The notes: generated from the letters alone by a model not told the origin. A stretch of DNA of 40,945 nucleotides from a virus (IMGVR_UViG_3300038808_000064:1-40945), one strand, 5' to 3'. Positions 8,292 through 17,565 are shown, numbered from the stretch's first letter. Numbers and translations: made by a program.

Positions 8292-9409
8292 AGGTCGAGG
8301 TAGAGCGTGACGCGCTGATGGGCGCGGTTCGCGCGGTGATCGATGTGGTCGAGGCGCGGACGACGATCCCCGTGCTGTCGAACATGCTGGTCGAGGTCGA
8401 AGGCGGTTCGCTGACGCTGACCGGCACCGATCTGGACTTGCAGGTCAGCGCGACGGTCCCGGCGGCTGGCGAGATGAAGATGACGGTCGACGCGCGCAAG
8501 TTGCAGGCGGCGGTCGATTCTCTTTTCAAGGGCAAGGTGTCTATCACGCCGATCGACGGCCGGGCGGCGGTGACACTGAAGGCGGGTCGTGGGCAGCGTA
8601 TCCTGCCCACGCTATCGGCTGCGGATTTTCCGAAGCGCGCCGCCATCGCCGATGCGCGGACATTCTCGATCCCGGCGGTCGACCTGTCGCGTATTTTGGA
8701 CACGGCGTCGGTGGCGATGTCGACCGACGAGACGCGGTTCTATCTGAACGGCATTTACATCCATCCGTGGGAAGGCCGCCTGCGCGGTGCCGCGACGGAT
8801 GGTCATCGGCTTGTGCGGGTCGAGGTCGCCCTGCCCGCTGGAGCGGATATGATCGAAGGCGTCATCCTGCCCCGCAAGGCCGTCGGCCATCTGCGCAAGC
8901 TGCTGGCCAAGCATGATGGGCCGGTCGAAGTCGAGACGACAACGGCGGCGATGGCGTTCCAGATCGGCAATGTCAGGGTCCTGACTAAGCTGATCGATGG
9001 AACGTTCCCCGACTATAACAGAATCATTCCCGACCATGCGCAACGCGGCTTCACATGCCGCCCCGGGATCGTGTCCGAGACGGTCAGCGCCGTCACGGCC
9101 GTCACCGCGCCGGAAGGCGAGAAGATGAAAGTGCGGTCCGTGGTGTTGGCCATCGCTTCTGCCCCGAACGAAAGCGAAGCTCGAGCGAAGGACCAGAGCG
9201 GCACCAGCGCCAACGAGGCTCTCGATGTCGAGCCGATCGGTGAGCCGATTCAATTCGGGGTGAACCGGGATTATCTGCGGTCGCTGGTGGCGCTGTTCCG
9301 GGAGAACGGGGCGCTGACGCTCGATATTCGCGATCCGGCCTGCCCGATGAAGCTGACCGGTGAGCACGATCCCGACCTGGTCGCGATCGTCATGCCGATG
9401 CGCGTTTAA
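8288..9409 (+). CDS. dnaN: DNA polymerase III beta sliding clamp, phage-encoded
   Basis: TTIPVLSN, GTDLDL, STDETRFYLNG, ATDGHRL, LIDGTFPDY and C-terminal VMPMRV; 373 aa. Confidence 0.95.
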   Translation: MKVEVERDALMGAVRAVIDVVEARTTIPVLSNMLVEVEGGSLTLTGTDLDLQVSATVPAAGEMKMTVDARKLQAAVDSLFKGKVSITPIDGRAAVTLKAGRGQRILPTLSAADFPKRAAIADARTFSIPAVDLSRILDTASVAMSTDETRFYLNGIYIHPWEGRLRGAATDGHRLVRVEVALPAGADMIEGVILPRKAVGHLRKLLAKHDGPVEVETTTAAMAFQIGNVRVLTKLIDGTFPDYNRIIPDHAQRGFTCRPGIVSETVSAVTAVTAPEGEKMKVRSVVLAIASAPNESEARAKDQSGTSANEALDVEPIGEPIQFGVNRDYLRSLVALFRENGALTLDIRDPACPMKLTGEHDPDLVAIVMPMRV

Positions 9410-9422
9410 ACGGGAGGTCGAT

Positions 9423-9779
9423 ATGCGTACCTATGATTTCGATAACGACTTCAGCCCACGCAAACTGGCGGAAGCCCTGCGCGATGCAGGCTTCCCGCGC
9501 GATGCGACGCTCAGTGCGATCATCATCGGGTCGATCGAAGACGTCGATCATGAGGTGAACCTGACCTTCACGCTGGGTGAAGATGAGATGATCGACGATT
9601 TGCACGATGACGCGATCATCGAGGCTTATCGTGACCTGGCGGACGATGCCACGTCGGCACGGGATATCGAGGACGGCCTGACCTACGCACTGAAGGGCGA
9701 CAAGGCGATGTCGCGGGCGATGTTCGCGCGCGTGTTCGAGGGAGGCAACCTCCAGGCGGTCGAGCGGGCGCTGTCATGA
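9423..9779 (+). CDS. Hypothetical acidic protein (118 aa)
   Basis: GGAGG RBS; ATGA-coupled to the next gene; Asp/Glu rich. Confidence 0.75.
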   Translation: MRTYDFDNDFSPRKLAEALRDAGFPRDATLSAIIIGSIEDVDHEVNLTFTLGEDEMIDDLHDDAIIEAYRDLADDATSARDIEDGLTYALKGDKAMSRAMFARVFEGGNLQAVERALS

Positions 9780-12367
9780 GTGCGGACGCCTATTCCGACT
9801 TCCTCAAGGCCAAGGTCGCATCGGCCGTCCCGATGGGCCTGCCATGCGCGCCGGAGGATATCCGGTCGCATCGTGTCGATGGCCATCCGATCCGCGATCA
9901 TCAGCGGGCCTGTGTCCGTTGGGGCGTCGAGGGTGGGCGGCGTGCCTATTTCCTAGCGTTCGGTCTGGGCAAGTCGACGGTGCAGGTCGAAACCGGCCGG
10001 ATCGTGCTGGCGAAGCTGGGGCAGAATCCGGAGCGCGTCGCGCCGTACGATCCGATCGGACTGATCGTCGGACCGCTGGGTTGCCGGTCGGACATGATCG
10101 CCGATGCCGCGCAGCTGGCGGTCGACCTTCGCTTCGTGCGGGACATGGATCAGCTGTGGGCGGCCTATGCCGAGGGCGCCCGCATGTTCCTGACCAATTT
10201 CGAGACGGTGCGGGAGGGCAAGCTGGACGTCAGCGTGTTCAGCTTCGCGTCGATCGACGAAGCGGCGGCGCTGCGCGATTACGGGTCGGAGACGTTCCAG
10301 ACGTTCCTGCCCCTCTTCGAGCCGGTGCCGTACCGCTATGTCGCGACGGCGATGCCCGCCCCGAACCGGTATAAGGAGCTGATCCATTATGCCGCGTTCC
10401 TGGGCATCATGGACAGCGGGCAGGCGCTGACCCGGTTCTTCCAGCGCAATTCGACCAAGGCGGGCGACCTGACCCTCTATCCGCACAAGGAGGAAGAGTT
10501 CTGGCTGTGGGTGAACAGCTGGGCCGTGTTCCTCCAGAAGCCCAGCGACCTGGGCTTTTCCGATGAGGGCTATGCGCTGCCCGAGCTGGTGTTTCGTACG
10601 CATATGGTCGCGGCGGATATCGCGGCGGCGGGTGAGGATCGTGACGGGCAGCAGCGATTGTTGAAAACCGCAGCGGCTGGCGTCGTCGAGACGGCGCGCG
10701 AGGCGCGCGGCACGATCGCGGCGCGATGCGGCAAGGTGGCGGAGATCGTCGCGGGCGCGCCGGATGATCACTTCATCCTGTGGCACGATCTGGAGGACGA
10801 GCGCCGGGCGCTGCGCGATGCGCTGGGCAATCCGGCCGGTCTGGTCGAGGTGTTCGGATCGCAGAAGCTGGAGCGCAACGAGGCGCTGGCGGACGGGTTC
10901 GCGGCCGGCGAGCATCGCCTGTTGTCTGCCAAGCCGTCGATGCTGGGGGCCGGGCGCAATTTCCAGCATCACTGCCACCGCGCGACGATCTTCCCGACGT
11001 ACAAGTTCCACGACTTCCTCCAGGCGCTGCATCGCATCTATCGGTTCATGCAGCGCCATGAGGTCATGATCGATCTGGTCTATGCGGAGACGCAAGCCGA
11101 GCAGCTGCGCGAGCTGATGCGCAAATGGGACGATCACAAGGCCATGGTCGAGCGCATGTCGGAGATCATCCGGCGCTATGGCCTGCGGCACGACGCGGCG
11201 GTCCAGATGACCCGGACGCTGGGGGTCGAGCGGGTGGTCGCGCAGAGCGAGGAGCCGGGAGAGCCGGCGTGGACGGCCGTCAATAACGACTGCGTCGCGG
11301 AAACGCGGGCGATGCCGGACAATTCGGTCGACCTGATCGTCACTTCGATCCCGTTCGGCAACCATTATGAATATTCCGCGCGCTATGAGGATTTCGGGCA
11401 CACCGACGACAACCAGCATTTCTTCGGGCAGATGGACTATCTGACGCCCGAGTTGCTGCGCGTTCTGCGGCCCGGCCGGCTGGCATTCATCCATGTGAAG
11501 GACCGGATACGGTTCGCGGCGGTCACGGGTCTGGCGCGGCCCACGGTCGATCCCTTCCATGCCGATACCATTGCGCATTTCATCCGGCACGGCTTCGCCT
11601 ATTGCGGCATGCGCTTCATCTCGACCGATGTCGTGCGGGAGAACAACCAGACCTATCGGCTGACCTATAAGGAATTGAAGCGCGACAGCACCAAGATGGG
11701 CTGTGGCAGCCCCGAGTTCCTGCTGTGCTTCTACAAGCTGCCCACCGACCGGTCCAAGGGCTATGCCGATGTGCCGGTCATGCACGTCGAGGAGGAATAC
11801 AGCCTCGCGCGGTGGCAGGTCGATGCGGACAGCCTGTGGCGGTCGTCGGGCAACCGGCCGGTGCGTCCGGACGAGCTGGGCATGATGTCGCCCGGCGCGC
11901 TGGCAAAAGCGTTCCCCGCCTGGTCGGTGCAGGACGTTTATGATCACGAGGAGCATGTCGCGATCGCGGAGGCGCTGGCGGCGCGTAACGAGTTGCCCCG
12001 CACCTTCGCGGTGATGCAGCCCGCCTCGATGCGGACCGATGTATGGACCGATATCGCGCGCATGCAGACGCTGAATGGCGAGCAGACGCGGCGTGGCCTC
12101 GAGAATCACATCTGCCCGCTGCAATTCGACATCGTCGACCGGGCGATCCGCCTGGGCAGCAATCCGGGTGAGCTGGTCTATGACCCGTTCGGGGGACTGA
12201 TGACGGTGCCCGTTCGCGCGATGCGGCTGGGGCGGCGTGGCCTGGGATGCGAGCTCAACCCGCAATATTGGCGCGATGGCGTCCGCTATTGCCGGGAGAC
12301 GGAAGCGGAGCGTTCGACCCCGACGCTGTTCGACCTGCTAGGGTTGAACGAGGCGGTGCCGGCATGA
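9776..12367 (+). CDS. SF2/SNF2-like helicase fused to an N4/N6 amino DNA methyltransferase (863 aa)
   Basis: FGLGKS Walker A, DEAA, ATA, GRNFQ, QALHRIYRF; C-terminal TSIPF (motif IV variant) preceding DPFGG (motif I), beta-class order. Confidence 0.88.
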   Translation: MSADAYSDFLKAKVASAVPMGLPCAPEDIRSHRVDGHPIRDHQRACVRWGVEGGRRAYFLAFGLGKSTVQVETGRIVLAKLGQNPERVAPYDPIGLIVGPLGCRSDMIADAAQLAVDLRFVRDMDQLWAAYAEGARMFLTNFETVREGKLDVSVFSFASIDEAAALRDYGSETFQTFLPLFEPVPYRYVATAMPAPNRYKELIHYAAFLGIMDSGQALTRFFQRNSTKAGDLTLYPHKEEEFWLWVNSWAVFLQKPSDLGFSDEGYALPELVFRTHMVAADIAAAGEDRDGQQRLLKTAAAGVVETAREARGTIAARCGKVAEIVAGAPDDHFILWHDLEDERRALRDALGNPAGLVEVFGSQKLERNEALADGFAAGEHRLLSAKPSMLGAGRNFQHHCHRATIFPTYKFHDFLQALHRIYRFMQRHEVMIDLVYAETQAEQLRELMRKWDDHKAMVERMSEIIRRYGLRHDAAVQMTRTLGVERVVAQSEEPGEPAWTAVNNDCVAETRAMPDNSVDLIVTSIPFGNHYEYSARYEDFGHTDDNQHFFGQMDYLTPELLRVLRPGRLAFIHVKDRIRFAAVTGLARPTVDPFHADTIAHFIRHGFAYCGMRFISTDVVRENNQTYRLTYKELKRDSTKMGCGSPEFLLCFYKLPTDRSKGYADVPVMHVEEEYSLARWQVDADSLWRSSGNRPVRPDELGMMSPGALAKAFPAWSVQDVYDHEEHVAIAEALAARNELPRTFAVMQPASMRTDVWTDIARMQTLNGEQTRRGLENHICPLQFDIVDRAIRLGSNPGELVYDPFGGLMTVPVRAMRLGRRGLGCELNPQYWRDGVRYCRETEAERSTPTLFDLLGLNEAVPA

Positions 12368-12855
12368 AGATTAAGCTGGAGCATCAGGTTCTGACGGCGG
12401 TGGGTGCGATACTCGGCTCGGTCGATCGCATGTCGCTGGACGATGTGTTCGAGCAGCTACCGCCGCACCTGAAGGCTGCAAACCCGAGCCTGAAGTCGAT
12501 CACGAAGGCAATCGTGCATGCCGGGTTCGTCGGTAGGCCGGCCGGCGGTGGAATGGTCATCTATGTCCGCTCCGATGTGCCCAACGAACCCGGTGCCGAT
12601 CATAACGGCAGCGAGGAGGGATCGGTCGAGGCCGATGAGATGCGCCTGCTGATCGAGCGGGCGGAGCGGCTCGAGGAAGAGAAGAAGGGCATTGCCGAAG
12701 ATATCAAGGATGTTTGGAAAGAGGCCAAGGCGCGTGGTTACGACGCTCCGGCCTTGAAAGACATCATGAGGCTGCGCGGCAAGAAGAAGGAGGATGTCGT
12801 CGCGAAACAGGCGATCCTCGACACGTACATGAAAGCATTGGGGATGATGGCATGA
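12364..12855 (+). CDS. gapR: GapR/DUF2312 nucleoid-associated domain with ~90-aa N-terminal extension (163 aa)
   Basis: [35 protein letters not shown]...[11 protein letters not shown] matches the DUF2312 consensus. Confidence 0.88.
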   Translation: MKIKLEHQVLTAVGAILGSVDRMSLDDVFEQLPPHLKAANPSLKSITKAIVHAGFVGRPAGGGMVIYVRSDVPNEPGADHNGSEEGSVEADEMRLLIERAERLEEEKKGIAEDIKDVWKEAKARGYDAPALKDIMRLRGKKKEDVVAKQAILDTYMKALGMMA

Positions 12856-13319
12856 GCGGCAGCGTCAACAAGGTCATTCTGGTCGGTAATCTCGGGGGCG
12901 ATCCGGAGAGCCGTTCTTTTCAAAATGGCGGCAAGGTGGTCGAATTGCGGATCGCCACGTCGGAAAGCTGGAAAGATCGCAACAGCGGAGAGCGCAAGGA
13001 AAAGACCGAGTGGCATACGGTCAAGATTTTCAACGAGGGTCTGGCCAATGTCGCTGAACGGTTTCTGCGCAAGGGCTCGAAGGTCTATGTCGAAGGGATG
13101 CTGACCACCCGCAAGTGGCAGGATCAGCAGGGCAATGACCGTTATTCCACCGAGGTGACGCTGCAAGGCTTCAATTCGGTACTGACCATGCTGGACGGAC
13201 CTGGTCAGTCCAACGGCGCTGGTGGCGGCTCAGGCGGTTCCTCCGGCGCTGATCGGCGCACGGGTGGTTCGTTTGGTGGGAGCGTCACCGACGATCTCGA
13301 CGACGACGTCCCCTTCTGA
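12852..13319 (+). CDS. ssb: Single-stranded DNA-binding protein (155 aa)
   Basis: [25 protein letters not shown], Gly-rich linker and acidic tip DLDDDVPF. Confidence 0.97.
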   Translation: MSGSVNKVILVGNLGGDPESRSFQNGGKVVELRIATSESWKDRNSGERKEKTEWHTVKIFNEGLANVAERFLRKGSKVYVEGMLTTRKWQDQQGNDRYSTEVTLQGFNSVLTMLDGPGQSNGAGGGSGGSSGADRRTGGSFGGSVTDDLDDDVPF

Positions 13320-13400
13320 CGTTCGCGCGCTGATGCACGCCCGATGGCAGGCCGGGTCATGCCTGCCCAATCATAGATACGCTCCGGGGGCTGGTTTCCG

Positions 13401-16202
13401 ATGGCATCGAATATTTCCACGTCGTCTCTGATGGAGGCGGCGCTTGATTACGCGCGTCGGGGGTGGCCCGTCTTCCCCTGCGATCCGCGCACGAAGCGGC
13501 CCTATCTCGGCAAGGACCGGGACGAAGAGGGCAAGCCGATCAAGGGCACGGGCGGCGTCACCAAGGCGACGACGGACGAAGATCAGATCCGCGCATGGTG
13601 GCGCAAATGGCCGCGCGCGATGATCGGCGTGGCGGTCGGCCGGGCGGGCCTGATCGTCATCGATTTCGATCCTGGCGTCTACGACGTCATCGATCGAAAG
13701 ACGAAGGAGATCACCGGTCAGGAGGAGTGGACGCTCGAGCAGCTGAAGGATGCGCTTGCCGAGCGGATGGAAGGCGAGATGCTGCCAGACACACTGACCT
13801 CGGTGACGCGGTCGGGTGGTGAGCATCAGTGGTTCAAGATGCCGGCCGGGGAGCCGATCGGCAACACCGGCAGCCTGCCGAATCACATCGACGTGCGTGG
13901 CCTGGGCGGATACGTAATCGCGCCGCCCAGCCATTTCGAGGGCAACGACGATGATGCGCCTGGCGACTATCGGTGGTTGCTCGATGGCGATGTCGGCCGG
14001 ATCGCGGAATGTCCCGATGCGCTGGTCGCGATCATGCGGGCGCCGCCTCCCCGCAATACGGTCGACGATGCCGCACCCGCTGCGGTCGCCACACGGTTTG
14101 CGGTCGACCTCGACGCATCCACGCGCCGCTATGCGATGCATGCGCTGGATGCCGAGTTGCAAGAGCTGGCATCCACACCGAGGTCCGGCGGCCGCCATGG
14201 CGGCCGGAACATGGGGGCCTATTGGGCAGCGTACAACCTGGGCCAGTTCGTGGGTGCCGGCGCGCTATCTGAGACGTTTGTCAAGCAATCCCTTCTCGAT
14301 GTCATCCGGACCTTCGATCCCACCGCCTATGAAAAGCACAAGGATGCGGTGGAGAACGGCCTTGCCAACGGGATCGCAAAGCCTCGCGACCTCAGCGCCG
14401 TAGGCGCTCAAAAGGCGCGCGGCCGCGAAAGCGGCCGGTCATCATCCTCTTCGGTCTATCCCCCGGCCGCCCCTCCAGAGGCTTACGCCGATGACTTCGA
14501 CCGCCCCGGACCCCGCGAGGAGGAGGATAGCGAAGCGTCCTTCCACATTGGAACCGCCGCTATTCCAGCCCTTCCGGGGGGCGTGGGGGACAGGATCGCG
14601 CCGGAGGCAAACCCGGACATGGACCGACGATGCGCGTTCTTCTCACTGACCGATTTGGGCAATGCCGAGCGGTTTCGGGCGCGGCATGGATGGCGCTTTC
14701 GGTTCTGCAACGAACTTGGTTGGTTCGTTTGGGACGGGCGGCGCTGGGAGCTGCTGTCCGAGGAAAAGGACAAGGTGCCCGGGAAGGTCAGCCTGGCGGT
14801 GTTCGACACCGTGCGGGCGATCCGCAATGAGGCGGACCTAGTCGAGGCCAGCGGGTTGCGCGAGGACGTTCCGGCCGATGCGTCGGATGATGAGAAGGCG
14901 GCGGCGCTGGATCACATCGTCGGGTGGCGGGGATCGGGCGATAACAAGGTGCCGGTCTTCTATTCGGAGACGCTGCGGGCGCATGCCAAATCGTCCGAGG
15001 GAGCCAGTCGCCTGGGCTGCATCGCCGGGTTGGTGAAGTCGTTCGACGACGTCGCGATCCGCGCCGATGCGATGGACGCCGATCGCATGGCGATCAACGT
15101 GTTGAATGGGACGCTGCGGATCGTCGCCAAGCCCGGCGGCAATGAGCCGGTGATTCAGCGCTTCGACCATAATCCGGCCGACCTGATCAGCAAGATCGCC
15201 AACGTCGTCTATGACCCTGCCGCCCCGTGTGACGTGTTCGACGGCTTCCTTTCGACCGTTCAGCCTGATGAAGCCACACGGCGGTTTTTGGGGCAGTGGC
15301 ATGGCCTGTCGCTGACGGGCGATATCAGCGAGCAGAAGCTGGCCTTTTACCACGGCAAGGGCCGGAATGGTAAATCGACGATGGTAGATGCGTGTAGCGA
15401 GGTCGCAGGCGATTATGGCGGATCGGTCGCGATCGAGACGTTCCTCGATCAGGGCCGCGGACGCAAGGGTGGCGAGGCCACTCCGGACCTCGCGCGCTTG
15501 CCGGGCATCCGCTTCCTCCGGACCTCCGAGCCTGAGAAGGGCGCAAAACTAGCGGAGGCGCTGATCAAGCTGATCACCGGCGGTGAGCTGATCGATGCGC
15601 GCCATCTCAATAAGGGGTTCTTCTCCTTCCTGCCCAGCTTCAAGGTGACGATTTCGGGCAACCACAAGCCCAAGATCACCGGCCATGACGATGGCATATG
15701 GCGGCGCGTGATGCTGGTGCCCTGGGACGTCCAGATCGCGAAAGAGGATATCGATCGCCAGCTCCCAGAGAAGCTGCGCAAGGAAAAGTCCGGCATCCTC
15801 AATTGGATGCTGAAGGGGCTGATCGACTGGCGCATGAACGGGCTGGTCGAGCCGGAGAGCGTACTGGCGGCAACCGCGAAGTACCGGGAGCAGAGCGATC
15901 AGCTCGGTCGCTTCCTTGACGAATGCACGAAGCCTGTAGAGGGTGCGCGCTCTAAATCGTCGGTGCTCTTCGCGCTCTTCACCGCCTGGGCCAAGGCGAC
16001 GGGCGCCGGGGAGTGGCAGCCTCAAGGCTTTTCCAAGGCCATGGAGGATCGCGGATTCGAGAAGAAGACCTCGAACGGCGTCCAGTGGCTCGACATCGAG
16101 ATGACCAAGGATGTGGGCGATTTCGCTGATGCATCCGGGGACGAGGGTGGCGGCGGATATGCCGGATATCCCGGACCCTATGGTGATGATGTCCCGCTGT
16201 AG
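13401..16202 (+). CDS. Bifunctional primase-polymerase plus P4/D5-type SF3 helicase (933 aa)
   Basis: GWPVFPC, VIDFD, GGEH, IDVRGLGGYVIAPPS (Prim-Pol); TDLGNAERF (D5_N); GKGRNGKS; IKLITGGE, GIWRR. Confidence 0.95.
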   Translation: MASNISTSSLMEAALDYARRGWPVFPCDPRTKRPYLGKDRDEEGKPIKGTGGVTKATTDEDQIRAWWRKWPRAMIGVAVGRAGLIVIDFDPGVYDVIDRKTKEITGQEEWTLEQLKDALAERMEGEMLPDTLTSVTRSGGEHQWFKMPAGEPIGNTGSLPNHIDVRGLGGYVIAPPSHFEGNDDDAPGDYRWLLDGDVGRIAECPDALVAIMRAPPPRNTVDDAAPAAVATRFAVDLDASTRRYAMHALDAELQELASTPRSGGRHGGRNMGAYWAAYNLGQFVGAGALSETFVKQSLLDVIRTFDPTAYEKHKDAVENGLANGIAKPRDLSAVGAQKARGRESGRSSSSSVYPPAAPPEAYADDFDRPGPREEEDSEASFHIGTAAIPALPGGVGDRIAPEANPDMDRRCAFFSLTDLGNAERFRARHGWRFRFCNELGWFVWDGRRWELLSEEKDKVPGKVSLAVFDTVRAIRNEADLVEASGLREDVPADASDDEKAAALDHIVGWRGSGDNKVPVFYSETLRAHAKSSEGASRLGCIAGLVKSFDDVAIRADAMDADRMAINVLNGTLRIVAKPGGNEPVIQRFDHNPADLISKIANVVYDPAAPCDVFDGFLSTVQPDEATRRFLGQWHGLSLTGDISEQKLAFYHGKGRNGKSTMVDACSEVAGDYGGSVAIETFLDQGRGRKGGEATPDLARLPGIRFLRTSEPEKGAKLAEALIKLITGGELIDARHLNKGFFSFLPSFKVTISGNHKPKITGHDDGIWRRVMLVPWDVQIAKEDIDRQLPEKLRKEKSGILNWMLKGLIDWRMNGLVEPESVLAATAKYREQSDQLGRFLDECTKPVEGARSKSSVLFALFTAWAKATGAGEWQPQGFSKAMEDRGFEKKTSNGVQWLDIEMTKDVGDFADASGDEGGGGYAGYPGPYGDDVPL

Positions 16203-16210
16203 GCTGGTGT

Positions 16211-16508
16211 TGGAAGGATGGCTCCTTCCACATGGAAGCACGTTTGGAAGGACGAAAATGGCGGTTTTCTGCGGCATTGGAAGGGGTGGAAGGGCTTTGC
16301 TTGGTCCTGCCTCATGCGCGGGTGCGCGCAGGCGCGCGCACGATAACTACCCCTATTTCTCCTTCCACTCCTTCCAAATGGATCATTCCACCTCATCACC
16401 TTTCCAAAAAACCGCAGAAATCCGCCAATCATGACGAACAAGGGAACCCCGAAAATGGAAGGACAGACCGGAAACGACCTCTCTCCAATGGAAGGACGCC
16501 TCCTTCCA
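16211..16508. repeat. TGGAAG iteron-like array with inverted symmetry; probable replication origin
   Basis: 7 forward TGGAAG and 4 reverse CTTCCA copies plus 2 near matches; inverted pairs 16277-16293/16361-16377 and 16260-16274/16412-16426. Confidence 0.75.
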
Positions 16509-16988
16509 AATGGTGCATGGACCTTCGACATGGTGCAGGATCGCTTGGTCGAGGCGATGGTGACGTGCTGGCGCGGTGATGATCGCGAGCGTGCATGGTT
16601 GCATGTGCGGTCGGCGTGGCCCGAGATCCAGCGCGACCGCAACGCTGGCGATTACGATGCGCGTGGTGGTGAGGCGTCCAGTTCGGAGGTGGCCTTGCGG
16701 TCCGCGTCCCTGACCCGCGTCGAGGTGGCGGAGATGGAGGAGGCGTTCGCCTGGGTTACGCGCCTGAAGGCTGCGGATCGTAAGGTATTGGCGGCGGCCA
16801 TTGGGCAGCTGGCGAGCGGTAAGCGCCGTGTCGAATGGGATCGCGTCGTTCGTAAGATCGGTGCGACGCATGGGCGCGACGGCGCGCGCATGCGTTACAC
16901 TCGCGCCATTGGCCTCATATGCGAGGTGCTGAATGGCGGAAATCCACGGGCTTTGCGTGTCAAGAGGAACTATTCACGTGAAGAGTGA
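16431..16988 (+). CDS. Putative late-gene transcription regulator with sigma-region-4-like C-terminus; start uncertain (16431, 16455 or 16488)
   Basis: Q/RinA position between replication and packaging genes; WVTRLKAADRKVL...VEWDRVVRKIG...RMRYTRAI. Confidence 0.6.
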   Translation: MTNKGTPKMEGQTGNDLSPMEGRLLPNGAWTFDMVQDRLVEAMVTCWRGDDRERAWLHVRSAWPEIQRDRNAGDYDARGGEASSSEVALRSASLTRVEVAEMEEAFAWVTRLKAADRKVLAAAIGQLASGKRRVEWDRVVRKIGATHGRDGARMRYTRAIGLICEVLNGGNPRALRVKRNYSREE

Positions 16989-17034
16989 CGATTGCGCTTC
17001 GTCTATTGGGCAAAATCGGTCTATTTCTTATCAC

Positions 17035-17116
17035 GCTGGGACGGGCCTTTAGGCGGTCATAGCGAACCTCCCCTGAACCTCGAAGGGCGGCGCGGCTTCG
17101 GTCACGCCGCCCTTCG
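17035..17116 (+). ncRNA. Structured late-leader RNA or sRNA candidate
   Basis: Imperfect hairpin 17035-17064, unpaired AACCTCCCCTGAACCT, then a hairpin with a perfect 12-bp lower stem and cUUCGg loop (17081-17116). Confidence 0.45.
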
Positions 17117-17133
17117 CGTTGTTAGAGACATGC

Positions 17134-17490
17134 ATGGGCAAGCTGACCAGCCTGCGGCCTCGCCTGTCGACGCTCCGGTCGAAGCTGGCGAGTGCGCCGG
17201 TCACCCGGCAGGAGCGCGATCGGGTCCGCGACCAGCGGCCATGGCGACGTTGGTATAAGACATCGCGTTGGCAGAAACTGCGCATGCTCATCCTGTTGCG
17301 CGATCGGTTCACCTGTCAGTGGCCTGGCTGCGGACGCGTTGAGCCCGACACCTCGCAACTGGTTGCCGACCATCGCAAGGCGCATCGCGGCGATGAGGCG
17401 CTGTTCTGGGATCAGGACAATCTCTGGTGTCTCTGCAAACCGTGTCACGACAGCGCCAAGCAGCGTGAGGAAAACCGCGCAGGCCTTTGA
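17134..17490 (+). CDS. HNH endonuclease, terminase-associated (HK97 gp74-like; 118 aa)
   Basis: RDRFTCQWPGC, VADH, NLWCLCKPCHDSAK; directly upstream of terS. Confidence 0.92.
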   Translation: MGKLTSLRPRLSTLRSKLASAPVTRQERDRVRDQRPWRRWYKTSRWQKLRMLILLRDRFTCQWPGCGRVEPDTSQLVADHRKAHRGDEALFWDQDNLWCLCKPCHDSAKQREENRAGL

Positions 17491-17565
17491 GGCACCGGGG
17501 GGGGATAAAAACTGACGAAGGGCACCCGGCTCCAGACCGCAGGTGTTCCCATCTGGAGATTTTTT
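17491..17565. other. Probable cos region
   Basis: Between HNH and terS; G8 run, then inverted CTCCAGA (17530-17536)/TCTGGAG (17552-17558) flanking CCGCAGGTGTTCCCA. Confidence 0.55.

Noticed and set aside
9953-12265. Long antisense ORFs (770 aa here; also 21694-23412, 29375-31060, 19786-21273, 35132-36334)
   Set aside because: They mirror well-supported genes; high-GC codon bias removes stops on the opposite strand and the translations show no motifs
13346-13367. Hairpin GGCAGGC-N8-GCCTGCC after ssb, and a GC hairpin after the capsid stop (about 23351-23376)
   Set aside because: Short GC stems without U tracts are expected by chance or act as simple mRNA stabilisers
16211-16508. Repeat cluster as a CRISPR array
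   Set aside because: Units are 6-7 bp, irregularly spaced, in both orientations, and no cas genes are present
17134-17490. HNH gene as a homing endonuclease or defence nuclease
   Set aside because: Size and position match the terminase-accessory HNH of cos phages
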